Made by a program: the position numbers and the translations under genes. 42,614 bases of DNA from a virus. Its lineage: Duplodnaviria; Caudoviricetes. Below are positions 20,085-29,880 of this stretch, in pieces (the first letter of the stretch is position 1; every line of letters starts with the position of its first letter). The notes below the pieces were generated by a model that saw only the letters and a list, made by a program, of their open reading frames with translations, made no database searches and had not been told where the DNA came from. The stretch spans positions 1 to 42,614 of the IMG/VR virus record IMGVR_UViG_3300035180_001879. The stretch is one strand, 5' to 3'.

Positions 20085-22730
20085 CTAAGAAGAACTGCGC
20101 AAATTGTCTAACGCGGTCTTGTAATTGCTCAGTCCTTGCATACGGATGTCATAAGGACCGAATGTACCATATTCTACCTTAGCTATTTCATTTTGATATA
20201 ATGACCAGAAGGTATCAGGACTGTAGTTAGTATACTTTCCCGTTATTGGATCGGTAGTTAACGACATTGAATTAAACACGCGATTTACAGAATTGATGCC
20301 GTACTTAAATGCCATTTGAGAGGCAAATAACCTGTCGTCATAATTAGGTATTTTGTTAATATAGGAACTGCCAAAAGCTGAATATAGATTTTGTGTACCT
20401 ATGTCCAGACTGTTTTGCAGACTAAAGGCCGAGGCTTGGGACTTGGCTGCGGTACTTCCAGTAGCTACTCCTCCTGGAGAAGTAGCAGAAGGTCCTACTC
20501 TTGAATTAAAACCCGCAACTCCATTAGCGTACGTTGCTGGATTCAGAGGAAAGCCGCTATCTTGATTTCTTGGTGCGCTTGCCGAACCGCTATTGCCCGT
20601 GACGGCTCGAAAGGTGTTGTATATATCCTGTGTAGCGGGAACTTGGTCAAGATAATCTGCCGTGACGGATGCTGAAGCTGCGGACCTAACTACTGCAGCG
20701 AGCTGCACAAGAACGTTACTAAGACCCCCAGCGCCAGAACTTTGTCCACCCGAAACAGACATACCCGCTAATGGTCTTGGGGGGGCAGTGCTAACATTGT
20801 TTATGTCTGTACTTCGAGTAGCCACCTGTCGCATGGCGTCTGCTGTCTTTGAGTTAGGTTTGAGTCCTCCCAACTTAATGAGGCTCATACTAGATGTCCA
20901 AATACCTTCAGCAATAGAATCCGAAAGCGCAGTAACAGAATATGTACCTTTCAACCACGGCAATAGCACGTTTCCCTCATTAGCAAAATCTATCTGCACA
21001 CAACCATATAACACTTTTCTAAGCTCTGGATCGCCCACCACCTCTACTTGCAATTTAAGACCTATCATAGACGCTGAAGCTTCTACTATGCCAGTTTCTT
21101 TAGCCGGTCCTTGCTGTCCTTGTGTGGCAGGATTGGTGGCAGAACCTGGACTATTTACGCTCTTTCCTCCTGCGGTACAGTCTTTTTCATACGCAGCTTC
21201 AGGAGTGTCGGTGTTATCCGAAGCTTTACTGTTAGCCCCCTCCAATTTAGGTCCGTCGGTCGTTTTCTTTTTTGCATCCTCGCTAGTTGCGTTGTCAGTC
21301 GAAAGCGTATCTTGGGGGTCTAAACGAGTAAGGTACCAACCTAGCACATTGCTAGTGTCAACCGATAAACGAATTATTGTGTTATGAGGATCTTTCTTAT
21401 CTGTGCTAAGCCATTTGTATTTCTTAAGTACAATCATGTGAGCTAAGGATTCATCCAAACCAATAGCCTCCATGTCTTCTTTCTTCCCTCCTTCATCTTT
21501 AGCGGTAGCGATGTCGGCTAATATGTCTCTAGTTATCCAAACATACACATTTTCACCCTCTGGATTATTAGTAGTTGTCCAATATCTATCTCCAGAACTT
21601 TGGCTAGGTGGAGTTTTCCAGGTTCCATCAAAATAGTAGTAATCACTAGGCTTTCCTGGTAATGTGTGTCCTGCCTGTACAAACACCCGTTTGTATTTAT
21701 GCTTGGCATCGTCAGAGAGTTCTTTTAGCTGCGAATCTAGCCACTCAATAAAGGTTTGGTCTCCTACTCCCCAATTTGCTGGTTCTTTGCGGTTCTCTTC
21801 TTTTGTCCAACCCGCACCACTATCGCAAGCCTCCTTAGACAAACCCAAAAGATTGGAAGAACCCTCATTTATACCCGCACTGTTTGGTACAGGAGGTCCA
21901 CCTACCAAAAGGTATACTTTGGTCTTACCAAGCTTGTTACAGGCAAGCATTTTTTCAGCATACAATTTTAATGCTTGAGGAAAACTAATTTTATCCTTAC
22001 TGCCATTGCCCAAGCTAGTATCTTTGGTAAATCCTGGAGGACGAGTGTTCAACAAAGTGCTTGCAACATCAGTAAATGTCAGCACGTAAGTATTACCAAA
22101 ATAATCCGCTGTAACATCTAAACCCGATAATATGTATGTCATTCCTGTTCCTGCCAATTGCCTAGTATCAGACACGCCCTCTTTTGAGTCTTGCCAACCA
22201 TATTCCAAAACAAGATTGCAGCCCGCTTGAACTGTATAAGTTTGTTTTAATATACTATTGACAACAGCCTCCTCTATAATAGAGCCCGTAGGATCATAAA
22301 GATTAACGTGAACTACGTCTCCACCTTCGGCTGCTGCGTATTGTACATCAACTTGACGAAGGAAGTTGAATCTGTCTTTGAGCCACAGTTTTTTGACCAC
22401 GGAATAGGAAAGATTAACTTTACTTTCCTCCGTGTTTTCATACACACCGTAGTTTATGATAATATTTTTAGATGGATCGTTAGGATATACGTTAAAAATG
22501 GTTTGATTGTTTCCTGTGCCAAACACCAAAGAAAAGCGCACCCACAATGCTACTGCTGGAAGGCTAGGTATACGTCCTTGTCCGTTCTTTATCATAGCCT
22601 GTATAAAACTATAATTGTAATCGTGGATGCCCTCAATATCCTGTTGCTCTGGGGTCAGTTCTGTAAAATTGGAAAACGCAGCTATACTGTGTGCCTGATT
22701 TGGTTCAACTGTGGGTTTGGGTACGGGCAT
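20085..22730 (-). CDS. Probable baseplate hub (gp27/late-control D-like) with C-terminal extension (881 aa)
   Basis: Position between gp53-like and spike genes; LVLEYGW and LQVEVVGDPEL...LKGTYSVTALSDSIAEGIWTSSMSLIK hub-type motifs. Confidence 0.7.
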   Translation of the reverse strand: MPVPKPTVEPNQAHSIAAFSNFTELTPEQQDIEGIHDYNYSFIQAMIKNGQGRIPSLPAVALWVRFSLVFGTGNNQTIFNVYPNDPSKNIIINYGVYENTEESKVNLSYSVVKKLWLKDRFNFLRQVDVQYAAAEGGDVVHVNLYDPTGSIIEEAVVNSILKQTYTVQAGCNLVLEYGWQDSKEGVSDTRQLAGTGMTYILSGLDVTADYFGNTYVLTFTDVASTLLNTRPPGFTKDTSLGNGSKDKISFPQALKLYAEKMLACNKLGKTKVYLLVGGPPVPNSAGINEGSSNLLGLSKEACDSGAGWTKEENRKEPANWGVGDQTFIEWLDSQLKELSDDAKHKYKRVFVQAGHTLPGKPSDYYYFDGTWKTPPSQSSGDRYWTTTNNPEGENVYVWITRDILADIATAKDEGGKKEDMEAIGLDESLAHMIVLKKYKWLSTDKKDPHNTIIRLSVDTSNVLGWYLTRLDPQDTLSTDNATSEDAKKKTTDGPKLEGANSKASDNTDTPEAAYEKDCTAGGKSVNSPGSATNPATQGQQGPAKETGIVEASASMIGLKLQVEVVGDPELRKVLYGCVQIDFANEGNVLLPWLKGTYSVTALSDSIAEGIWTSSMSLIKLGGLKPNSKTADAMRQVATRSTDINNVSTAPPRPLAGMSVSGGQSSGAGGLSNVLVQLAAVVRSAASASVTADYLDQVPATQDIYNTFRAVTGNSGSASAPRNQDSGFPLNPATYANGVAGFNSRVGPSATSPGGVATGSTAAKSQASAFSLQNSLDIGTQNLYSAFGSSYINKIPNYDDRLFASQMAFKYGINSVNRVFNSMSLTTDPITGKYTNYSPDTFWSLYQNEIAKVEYGTFGPYDIRMQGLSNYKTALDNLRSSS

Positions 22731-22742
22731 TTTACACTCTCA

Positions 22743-23039
22743 TTACCTTTGACTAGCCGACCAGCGTTCTAGAAACACGGAAATTGCTGGAATCAGAAGT
22801 CGATCTTGTGCAGAAAAACCATTAAACGGATCAGTAATAGAATTGAAAATTGCTATAATCCAGAAGTAAGACGGATTTCCATATTCACGTGCAGCTATCA
22901 AATCCAATCGACCCTCTTCATCACCTGTCACTAAATGATATGAAAACGGAATATTAGTTAATGGAGGAAGCTTGATTACATTCAGAAGTTGTTTACCCCC
23001 AAAAGCCTGGGCTGGCCGCATAGTCCATGAAGATGACAT
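22743..23039 (-). CDS. Baseplate wedge gp53/LysM-like protein (98 aa)
   Basis: RLDLIAAREYGNPSYFWIIAIFNSITDPF...LLIP signature. Confidence 0.92.
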   Translation of the reverse strand: MSSSWTMRPAQAFGGKQLLNVIKLPPLTNIPFSYHLVTGDEEGRLDLIAAREYGNPSYFWIIAIFNSITDPFNGFSAQDRLLIPAISVFLERWSASQR

Positions 23040-23051
23040 AGGAAAAGTCTC

Positions 23052-24122
23052 CTATTGGTTATTGTAAATTTGTTGCACAGGGCTAAGAGGAATACTTGGG
23101 CTTCCTGCTGCTGGCGCTGTAGGTACTGGCGCGGAAGTAGCAGGAGTACCCGCACTAGTAACTTGAGGACCAGGCACCCCGCTAGTTGAAGTTCCAAAAC
23201 CAGAAGCAAACGAAGATTCTACTCCTGCCACACCGCCAGTATATGGTTGTTTCATTGCCTGTGCCTGGAGTTTAGCAATGTCTTCGGCAGAGGGAGCAGG
23301 CGCAGAGCTATCAGAGGGGGTTTGTGTTCCTCCTGTCTTTGAGTTCCCAGCCTTTGCGTTAGCCTCCGCCTTAGCTGCCTCTTCAGGTGTGGTCGGAGCT
23401 GTTCCTGAAGGGATTGGTTTTTGGCCAGGAATGACAGAAGCCTTATCCTGGTCAGTTCCTGCTCCATACTGACCAACCTGTGCAGGGGTTCCAGAATTGA
23501 TGAACGAGCCCGTACCAAACACGGTTGTAGAAAATATTTTGAGTTCCAAATTAAGCTCGATAGAGGCTGGACATTTGACCGACCATCCTTGAGGATCAGG
23601 ATTGTCCTCTTCTAATGACAGAGACCCTTTTGTGGGCTGATTAAGTCTTTCTGCACTGGGGGTGATAGTATAGCTAGCCACCATTGCAGTCATGCCACCC
23701 TCATCCTCGGTAAACTCGTCCTTGTCTAATACCACTCGTCCATCTTTTATGGTTGGCACGTGACTTACAAACCAGGGACCCAAATTTAGACTAATATACA
23801 TTGGTAATCCAGCTTCAGAAGGCAAAACACTCCGACGCACTAATGCTGCTAGTACTAGCATATCATAAGCGTCTGACTGGGATAACACACCAAACTTAAG
23901 ATTGAAAGAAACTGTTCTAAATCCTGTATTCTGGTAAACTAGCAGCGGCTCAATCCTTTTGGCAATGCTAGTTTCGTGATAGTTTGCAGCGCGACGATCA
24001 GACAAGCCTTCAGGAATACCTTGGAAATTGACCTGAAACGCTTGACCATTAGAATAAAATGTGATATAGCCGTTTGACGTATCGCCACTCTCTTTGAATA
24101 ATACTTTATCTGGCTGCGGCAT
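23052..24122 (-). CDS. Tail tube initiator / baseplate tube-like protein with low-complexity C-terminus (356 aa)
   Basis: FQGIPEGLSDRRAANY...EPLLVYQNTGFRTVSFNLKF motif of contractile-system tube-fold initiators; lies between tape measure and LysM genes. Confidence 0.75.
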   Translation of the reverse strand: MPQPDKVLFKESGDTSNGYITFYSNGQAFQVNFQGIPEGLSDRRAANYHETSIAKRIEPLLVYQNTGFRTVSFNLKFGVLSQSDAYDMLVLAALVRRSVLPSEAGLPMYISLNLGPWFVSHVPTIKDGRVVLDKDEFTEDEGGMTAMVASYTITPSAERLNQPTKGSLSLEEDNPDPQGWSVKCPASIELNLELKIFSTTVFGTGSFINSGTPAQVGQYGAGTDQDKASVIPGQKPIPSGTAPTTPEEAAKAEANAKAGNSKTGGTQTPSDSSAPAPSAEDIAKLQAQAMKQPYTGGVAGVESSFASGFGTSTSGVPGPQVTSAGTPATSAPVPTAPAAGSPSIPLSPVQQIYNNQ

Positions 24123-24131
24123 GTTCTCTCC

Positions 24132-27100
24132 CTATCGAGAACTAAATGGAGAATTAACAGCAAATCCAGTGGACATCGCAGACGCTTTAGCCAAAGATTG
24201 CGCACCAGGTGTACTAGAAACTGAATTACTAGAAGCGCCTGGACCTTGGAGACGATTCTTTAGTATGTCTCTTATCTGTTCTTGAACAGCTAGCTGTTTA
24301 CTAGCAATAGCAGGAAGATTGTTTCCTGCCGCGTTAGCTGAAGTTATTACATCTGGTGATTTGCTTATCGCCACCGCCCGTACCATAGCATTTATCATTG
24401 ACCTTACGGGCATAATCAATTCTGGACCAGCATCTCCAAAAATGGCAGGGGTAGGACGATCAGCAAATCCTCCTCGTTCAGCTATCACAGCGTTACTAAA
24501 ACCTTTAATGTACCTACCTACTGAGGCATTGTGTATAGCCGTACCTTCGGTAGGGTTAAAATTGGGATTGGCTCCCGCGTGCATCCAATCTAGTGCTCCC
24601 TTTGGTCCTAAAAAGTGAGCGGCGGCAAGCAACTGTTCTGTAACCCGCCCACTTTCTGACTTTTTCAACTGGTTTAAGTTTTCCATAGTGAACTTGTCCA
24701 TGACATCTTCTTGTAATTTTGGCGTAGTCAAAAATTGGGAAGCTACTGATTCTGGCAATCGTAATTGACCGTTCGGAGTTTTTTCTCGTTGCCAGCCAGT
24801 TAAATCAGCCAAGGTTTTATGTACAAACTGATATTTACCTAGAGCGTCTGTGTCTTTATTTCTCTTGTCGTAAACGCCCCCAGATTCTACTTGCGCTATT
24901 TTGTCTTTGAAAGATTTCAAATCCAATTTACCTGTCTCGCCCACTGAGAAACTAAAATCTTGGGGAGCGCCTCCTCCTGGGCTTCCAGCCATATTTTCTA
25001 GTATTTTGTTGCCACTACTGACTGCATTTCCTACAGCCCCAGCAGCAGCGCTCACTGCGCCTCCTACGGCGCTTGCAGCGTGTCCTACCCAAGAAACGAG
25101 CTTACTGGCTCCGCTTGTAGTAGTAGAAGAAGAATTTTCAACTAGCTTGTGTATATCCGCCGCCATTTGGGTTTGCACGTCTAACTGTTGAAGTCCTACT
25201 TTAGTAGCTTTGCCTGCTATAACCTCTCCAGTAATAGCCGCAGAGTTTCTAGCGGTTCGGAGTAACTCACCTATTGGCGTAATAGCCTCTTTTCCTGCCT
25301 CGCCTACGATAACTCCTCCGCCAGCTTTCCTAGGAGGCTCTGGTTTTCCTAAAAACCAATTGACAGGATTGACATAGCCCCCTTTTCTAAACCAGGATAC
25401 CTCCCCAGTTTTTTGGTCAACTCCCCAGTGCGTTATCTTATTTATGAAATCACCTAGTTTTATCAACGCATTTGTAAAATGTGAAGAAGCCCAGTCAATG
25501 GCTTTTTCAAATACCCCAAAAGGCTCTATGATATATTTCTGTATCAATGATCCTATCTCCCAGCCTAGTAAAAATGCGCCAATAACTTCAGCTACCGTAG
25601 AAGCTAGAGCCCCCATAGCGCTTTCCACTAGTGTTGGTATAAGTTTTACAATGAAGTCTGGAAGTACTTTAGTAAAAATTCTCAGCAATCCTTCTCCTGC
25701 CCATTTCCAAAGACTCTTGCCAAAAATCTTTTCAACGGGCTTAAACAACCACTTGCCTACACCTTCTATTTTTTGTCCCCACTCCATGAGCTTTAGACCA
25801 AAGCTAGTAAATTTTTCGCCACTCATTACAAGCATTTTTCCAGCCTTGAATATGTAGCTTCCCACTCTTACTATCGACTTAGCGACGCTTGCCAATTGTC
25901 CTAGTATAACAAATGCGGAAGAGAAAATTCCTACAAGTCCTCGCACTCCTGAAAGTTTGCCTAAAAAGGACGCGCCTCGACCTATGGCTCCCAAGATTGA
26001 ACCCAAAAGGTTCATTATTGGGCCGATGACGTATCGTTGTAGTGAGTTCTTGTATAGTGTTGTAATACCTCTCTTAAATTGATCCATACCTGAAGACCAA
26101 GTTTCCTGAGACTTTATAAACGCTTTGTCTGAGTCGGCGGTAGCTTTTTTGGCTTCCTCAGCGTCTTTTGCTACTTTTTCCATTTGTTTCGAGAGTGTTG
26201 TATGCTCTGCTCTTGCCGACAGAGCTTTCTGCATCATATCTTGAGGAACACCCCAAGCTTGAGCCATTGCTTGTGCGGCAATGATGTTTCCATGAGACAT
26301 CCGAGCTACTTGGTCGGCCATTTTAGCAGTGCGCAAAGAGAACTTTTCAGGAGCTTTAGCAGCCTCATTCATAACCTGCTCAATGGATGCTCCAGTCAAC
26401 CCTGCTATAAGTGCTAAATCTTTTAATTGGTCTGGCGCGGGAGCTAAAGCTTTGTTGATAGCGTTGAGGGTAAATTCAGCGCTAATGCCCAACTTTTTGA
26501 ACTCACCTTCTAATGATAACACGCCTTCTTCAAATTTTGCTGTCTCTCCTCTATTGGCTCTCATAACAGCTAGCATATTAGGACCAAACTTATCAAAGAC
26601 TGCCATAGCCTCTTCGCCAGTGACACCTAACGCTTGTATAGTATGTACCATACCTTGCATTGAGGCGTTTACTTGGTCTTCACTCATATTCAACAACTGC
26701 ATTTTTTTAGCATAATATGTAGCTGACGTGGCGGCATCAACACCTAATACACGACCCATTTTACCTGAAGCTTCCACTACTTTTGCTAAGTCTTTTCCTG
26801 TTTGAGTAAGTCCAGCTTTACGAAGGGCAACAGCCGCACCAGCCGCATCTTCAATTGATTCTCCGGCGGCGGCTCCAGCAGCAGAAACCTCTATTAAAGT
26901 TTTTTGAACTTCCTGACCAGACATCATTGTCATGCGTCTGAATTGCTCAAACGCATCTTGTTGCTGTTGTACCATAGCAATAGATTTTTTGCTAAAGTCA
27001 ATAAGCATATCAGTTCCCAATTTTTTAGCCGCGACACCGAGCACCTTAAGGTCTTTTAGTGCTTCTTCGTTCTGTGTGTGTCTATTACGAGCCCACACGT

Positions 27101-27269
27101 CCCCAGCTTTGAATAATTCCTTAAGCCCAGCACCATACTTTTGAAGCTCCGCAGTAGCCGCTTTAATATCGTTTTGCGCGTCTTTTAGCTTTTTGGCTTC
27201 AAATTCTACAGCAAGGATAGTCCTGTCAGGTGGAGTGCCTCCAGGTCCTGCGGTTATTGGTGCTGCCAT
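24132..27269 (-). CDS. Tape measure protein with C-terminal lysozyme-like/lytic transglycosylase domain (1045 aa)
   Basis: Ala/Lys-rich helical N-terminus, hydrophobic middle, IAQVESGG...ALGKYQF...LLAAAHFLG motifs; AAGGAG upstream; follows the chaperone pair. Confidence 0.9.
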   Translation of the reverse strand: MAAPITAGPGGTPPDRTILAVEFEAKKLKDAQNDIKAATAELQKYGAGLKELFKAGDVWARNRHTQNEEALKDLKVLGVAAKKLGTDMLIDFSKKSIAMVQQQQDAFEQFRRMTMMSGQEVQKTLIEVSAAGAAAGESIEDAAGAAVALRKAGLTQTGKDLAKVVEASGKMGRVLGVDAATSATYYAKKMQLLNMSEDQVNASMQGMVHTIQALGVTGEEAMAVFDKFGPNMLAVMRANRGETAKFEEGVLSLEGEFKKLGISAEFTLNAINKALAPAPDQLKDLALIAGLTGASIEQVMNEAAKAPEKFSLRTAKMADQVARMSHGNIIAAQAMAQAWGVPQDMMQKALSARAEHTTLSKQMEKVAKDAEEAKKATADSDKAFIKSQETWSSGMDQFKRGITTLYKNSLQRYVIGPIMNLLGSILGAIGRGASFLGKLSGVRGLVGIFSSAFVILGQLASVAKSIVRVGSYIFKAGKMLVMSGEKFTSFGLKLMEWGQKIEGVGKWLFKPVEKIFGKSLWKWAGEGLLRIFTKVLPDFIVKLIPTLVESAMGALASTVAEVIGAFLLGWEIGSLIQKYIIEPFGVFEKAIDWASSHFTNALIKLGDFINKITHWGVDQKTGEVSWFRKGGYVNPVNWFLGKPEPPRKAGGGVIVGEAGKEAITPIGELLRTARNSAAITGEVIAGKATKVGLQQLDVQTQMAADIHKLVENSSSTTTSGASKLVSWVGHAASAVGGAVSAAAGAVGNAVSSGNKILENMAGSPGGGAPQDFSFSVGETGKLDLKSFKDKIAQVESGGVYDKRNKDTDALGKYQFVHKTLADLTGWQREKTPNGQLRLPESVASQFLTTPKLQEDVMDKFTMENLNQLKKSESGRVTEQLLAAAHFLGPKGALDWMHAGANPNFNPTEGTAIHNASVGRYIKGFSNAVIAERGGFADRPTPAIFGDAGPELIMPVRSMINAMVRAVAISKSPDVITSANAAGNNLPAIASKQLAVQEQIRDILKNRLQGPGASSNSVSSTPGAQSLAKASAMSTGFAVNSPFSSR

Positions 27270-27299
27270 GACTTACTCCTTGGGGATTTTATTGCCGTG

Positions 27300-27336
27300 A
27301 AAATAAAACGGGGGAGCAAGAGTTCACCTGCTCCCC
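27300..27336 (-). terminator. Rho-independent terminator
   Basis: Minus strand GGGGAGCAGG-TGAACT-CTTGCTCCCC (10-bp stem, one G-U) followed by CGTTTTATTTT. Confidence 0.8.
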
Positions 27337-27355
27337 TATATATTCTCTTTGGTTA

Positions 27356-27586
27356 TTACAATACTACTGGGTTTGGCAACCCATGTACCCTTCCCTGTTT
27401 TTTTAACCCCGATAAATATCTTTGTTCTTGCTCTTGGGCTTTTTGTTCTTCTCGTTGTAGTATAGTAAAATAGTCCAAAAGCCGTTGAACAGGGAGGTTG
27501 TCAACGGCTTCTAAACCTAAGTGGGCATTAGAACAAACATACAAAACAAGCTTATCGAGACCTTCGGTGTCGATAGCCTCAATCAC
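27356..27586 (-). CDS. T4 gp51-like small tail/baseplate assembly protein (76 aa)
   Basis: HLGLEAVDNLPVQRLLDYFTIL plus charged helix; overlaps the gp26-like gene by 8 nt; precedes the tape measure. Confidence 0.6.
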   Translation of the reverse strand: MIEAIDTEGLDKLVLYVCSNAHLGLEAVDNLPVQRLLDYFTILQREEQKAQEQEQRYLSGLKKQGRVHGLPNPVVL

Positions 27587-28328
27587 CGAGGAGAAAAAAT
27601 TCCTTCGGTCTTAGCGAGAAGGAAAACTCGGTTATCTTCATACATTTATCGCATTTGATAGTAGCGTCTAAATCTAGTCCAGGGGTTACTTGAGTCAATA
27701 CCTTTTCAATGGCTCTCCAATCCAGATAATGAAGTTGGGTTAGGAACATGTGAGCTTCAACGGGCGTCAAGCCTTCAACATTCTTGACCATTTGCCAAAG
27801 TCTGAACACTGGCTCATTAGGCTCTGTGTTTGGCGCTTCTTTCTCTGCCTTAGCCACTTCGGTTTCTACTTCTTTTTCCATCTGCCTATTGAAAAGAGCA
27901 ATATCAATTCCTTTGTTGGCTTTTGGCAGATGTATATGTATTGGATAGCCAATCGTTTCGTCAAACTTCTTAACTGGCAATTCAAAAAGATTAGCAGAAG
28001 CACCTAGTTTTTGCCCACAATTAGGATTAGAGCATTCTATCTCGAAACTGTACTTTTCTCCAACTGTCAACGCACGTATCATATAAAACATGTAGATACG
28101 GTCGCCAGTCAGTAACAAGTCTGTATCAAATTTAGCTGCTCCTCCCTCTAGGCAGGACTGTAATATCTTGTCTATAAAGTAATCGAGGTTAGTAATTTTG
28201 GAGAAGTATCGCAACTCACTGACTGTGAGATGTCGAAGGTTGACTGTGGCAGGCACAGGTAAATTTGCAGCTTTATAATACGCAGCTCCTGGTAAATCAA
28301 ATGGTTTGTAATCGATAGATAGAGACAT
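27579..28328 (-). CDS. T4 gp26-like baseplate hub/tail assembly chaperone with Zn-ribbon cysteines (249 aa)
   Basis: LRHLTVSE...LLTGDRIYMFYMIRALTVGEKY...CSNPNC ... CDKC ... EFF. Confidence 0.82.
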   Translation of the reverse strand: MSLSIDYKPFDLPGAAYYKAANLPVPATVNLRHLTVSELRYFSKITNLDYFIDKILQSCLEGGAAKFDTDLLLTGDRIYMFYMIRALTVGEKYSFEIECSNPNCGQKLGASANLFELPVKKFDETIGYPIHIHLPKANKGIDIALFNRQMEKEVETEVAKAEKEAPNTEPNEPVFRLWQMVKNVEGLTPVEAHMFLTQLHYLDWRAIEKVLTQVTPGLDLDATIKCDKCMKITEFSFSLRPKEFFLLGD

Positions 28329-28373
28329 CGTAATACCCTTTCCTTTCTTCGTGGTTTATAGGTTTGCCTATTA

Positions 28374-28385
28374 ATAATAGCGAAA
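28374..28385 (-). promoter_or_regulatory. Candidate late promoter element TTTCGCTATTAT (copy 1)
   Basis: Exact 12-mer found in three intergenic gaps; here upstream of the gp26-like gene. Confidence 0.6.
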
Positions 28386-28403
28386 ACAGTAAATAGCAGC
28401 TAA

Positions 28404-29117
28404 TCAAGCCGTTACGTAATCTGTACGATTGAGATTTGGCGAGTTTTCCCTTGTTACGTAGCTACTACGATTATTATTGTTAGCCCCACCAAATCCAGCA
28501 AAGTAGTCTGGATCAAGCGATGTTGGTGTTACGTTTTTGTTAGAGTCTGAACTTGCTGGTAACTGATTATCCGAGGAACTTTGTGCCACTAAAGAATTGT
28601 TTATTTCCCCAGGTAGCACAACTCTGTCAGGTAACACGGTCAAACTTCCCATCAATATTCCTCCTTCAGACTGATAAGTCAATTGTGATACTGAGGCGGA
28701 CATAATTTGGCAATTATATAATTGCCATGTACCTAAGTTTTCACCCCTGCCTGACAGATGGCTTATCTCAACATTGAACCTATACAAGTCTTTATTGTAG
28801 ACGTGTCCAGGCTGAAATTGAGAGGTAGTAAATTCTGCTTGTCGCTTGACTAGGTCATAAAACGGATTAGTAACAGTGTCCTGCATATAGAAACTCATTG
28901 AGCTTTCGCCAAAAGTCACTTTGCTAATGCTCCTATTAAAGGCGGTTCCATCCCACCACTCATTTGCGGCGAACGTAACTGTTGGTAAGCTGACCTCGGC
29001 TAAATTTTGCTCAAACCACCAGGGGGAATCAAAGTGCTCAGGAGTAAAGATAAACATAGCTACAAAACGGTTTACCCGCAAATATTCATTTTTCATGTTA
29101 TCAAAAGCGGTAGGCAT
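28404..29117 (-). CDS. Second gp19-like tail tube-fold protein (minor tube/gp54-like)
   Basis: YLRVNRF...VSLPTVTF...Y.FNVEI...WQLYNC tube motifs plus a Ser/Asn-rich tail; ATG at 29117 preferred over GTG at 29129. Confidence 0.8.
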   Translation of the reverse strand: MPTAFDNMKNEYLRVNRFVAMFIFTPEHFDSPWWFEQNLAEVSLPTVTFAANEWWDGTAFNRSISKVTFGESSMSFYMQDTVTNPFYDLVKRQAEFTTSQFQPGHVYNKDLYRFNVEISHLSGRGENLGTWQLYNCQIMSASVSQLTYQSEGGILMGSLTVLPDRVVLPGEINNSLVAQSSSDNQLPASSDSNKNVTPTSLDPDYFAGFGGANNNNRSSYVTRENSPNLNRTDYVTA

Positions 29118-29196
29118 AGACGACACCACTCGAAAAAGCAGTATAAAGAGGGGGAGGGGGTGGAGATTTTTCCGCCCCCCTCATTAACAGTTGCTA

Positions 29197-29799
29197 TTAT
29201 ACTCGTCCTATAGAGGAGGAGCCAGCATTCGGTTCAACATTAGCATAATCAAATCGCCAAGTAACGTTTAATTCAAGCGGCGCACCGTCAGAAGCCATAT
29301 CAAGCGAGCCAGTGTCAATGCTCATTGGCCAAGCATTATACAAATGCCACGTCTCTGCGGGATTAGTAACATCCAAATCTGGACCTAGAATAAGCACATC
29401 TACATTGTGCTTGTAGTCGTATGGCGCGCCCATAGCCCCCATAGCTAGGGAGTTTGTGTTGGTAGGACCTGGATTGTAGATTAACTTGTACCAGCCTAGT
29501 ACAGACTGCATGATATTAAACGTATCGCTCCTGCGATCTCCAGGCCCAAACAGGTAGTCATAAAAATTGCATGTCCACGTTTCCCAAGTCGGCTTACCTG
29601 CCACAAACCACGGAGTGTTCAAGTGATGAATGGGTTGCTCAGACACAGCAAACTTTGGTCTAGCAGAAGCCTTAACTGCCATGGATAGAGTACGTCCAGA
29701 TGCCCCAGGAACATCAGGAAACACTATCCAAAAGCGGTTCTGCCTTTTGAGTTCTGATGTCATTTGTTGCTGTAATTCGCTGTTAAATGTGATAGCCAT
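29197..29799 (-). CDS. Major tail tube protein, T4 gp19-like (200 aa)
   Basis: ELKRQNRFW...ARPKF...VAGKPTWETWT...YKHNV...WHLYNAWP...LDMAS...WRFDYA; strong AAGGAG; follows the sheath gene. Confidence 0.93.
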   Translation of the reverse strand: MAITFNSELQQQMTSELKRQNRFWIVFPDVPGASGRTLSMAVKASARPKFAVSEQPIHHLNTPWFVAGKPTWETWTCNFYDYLFGPGDRRSDTFNIMQSVLGWYKLIYNPGPTNTNSLAMGAMGAPYDYKHNVDVLILGPDLDVTNPAETWHLYNAWPMSIDTGSLDMASDGAPLELNVTWRFDYANVEPNAGSSSIGRV

Positions 29800-29880
29800 T
29801 TTTGCTTCTCCTTGTGCTATAATGTCGCTAATCCCCGTTCCTTTTTGCTAAATTGCACGTATCCTTTTCATTCAATTTCC

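Noticed and set aside
27579-27600. Classical -1 frameshift at the T6 run
   Set aside because: The -1 frame reaches TGA within a few codons; only +1/-2 joins the downstream ORF.
29191-29200. TTGCTATTAT, a motif-like sequence in the opposite orientation
   Set aside because: Explained by the tandem TAA TAG stops of the tube gene.
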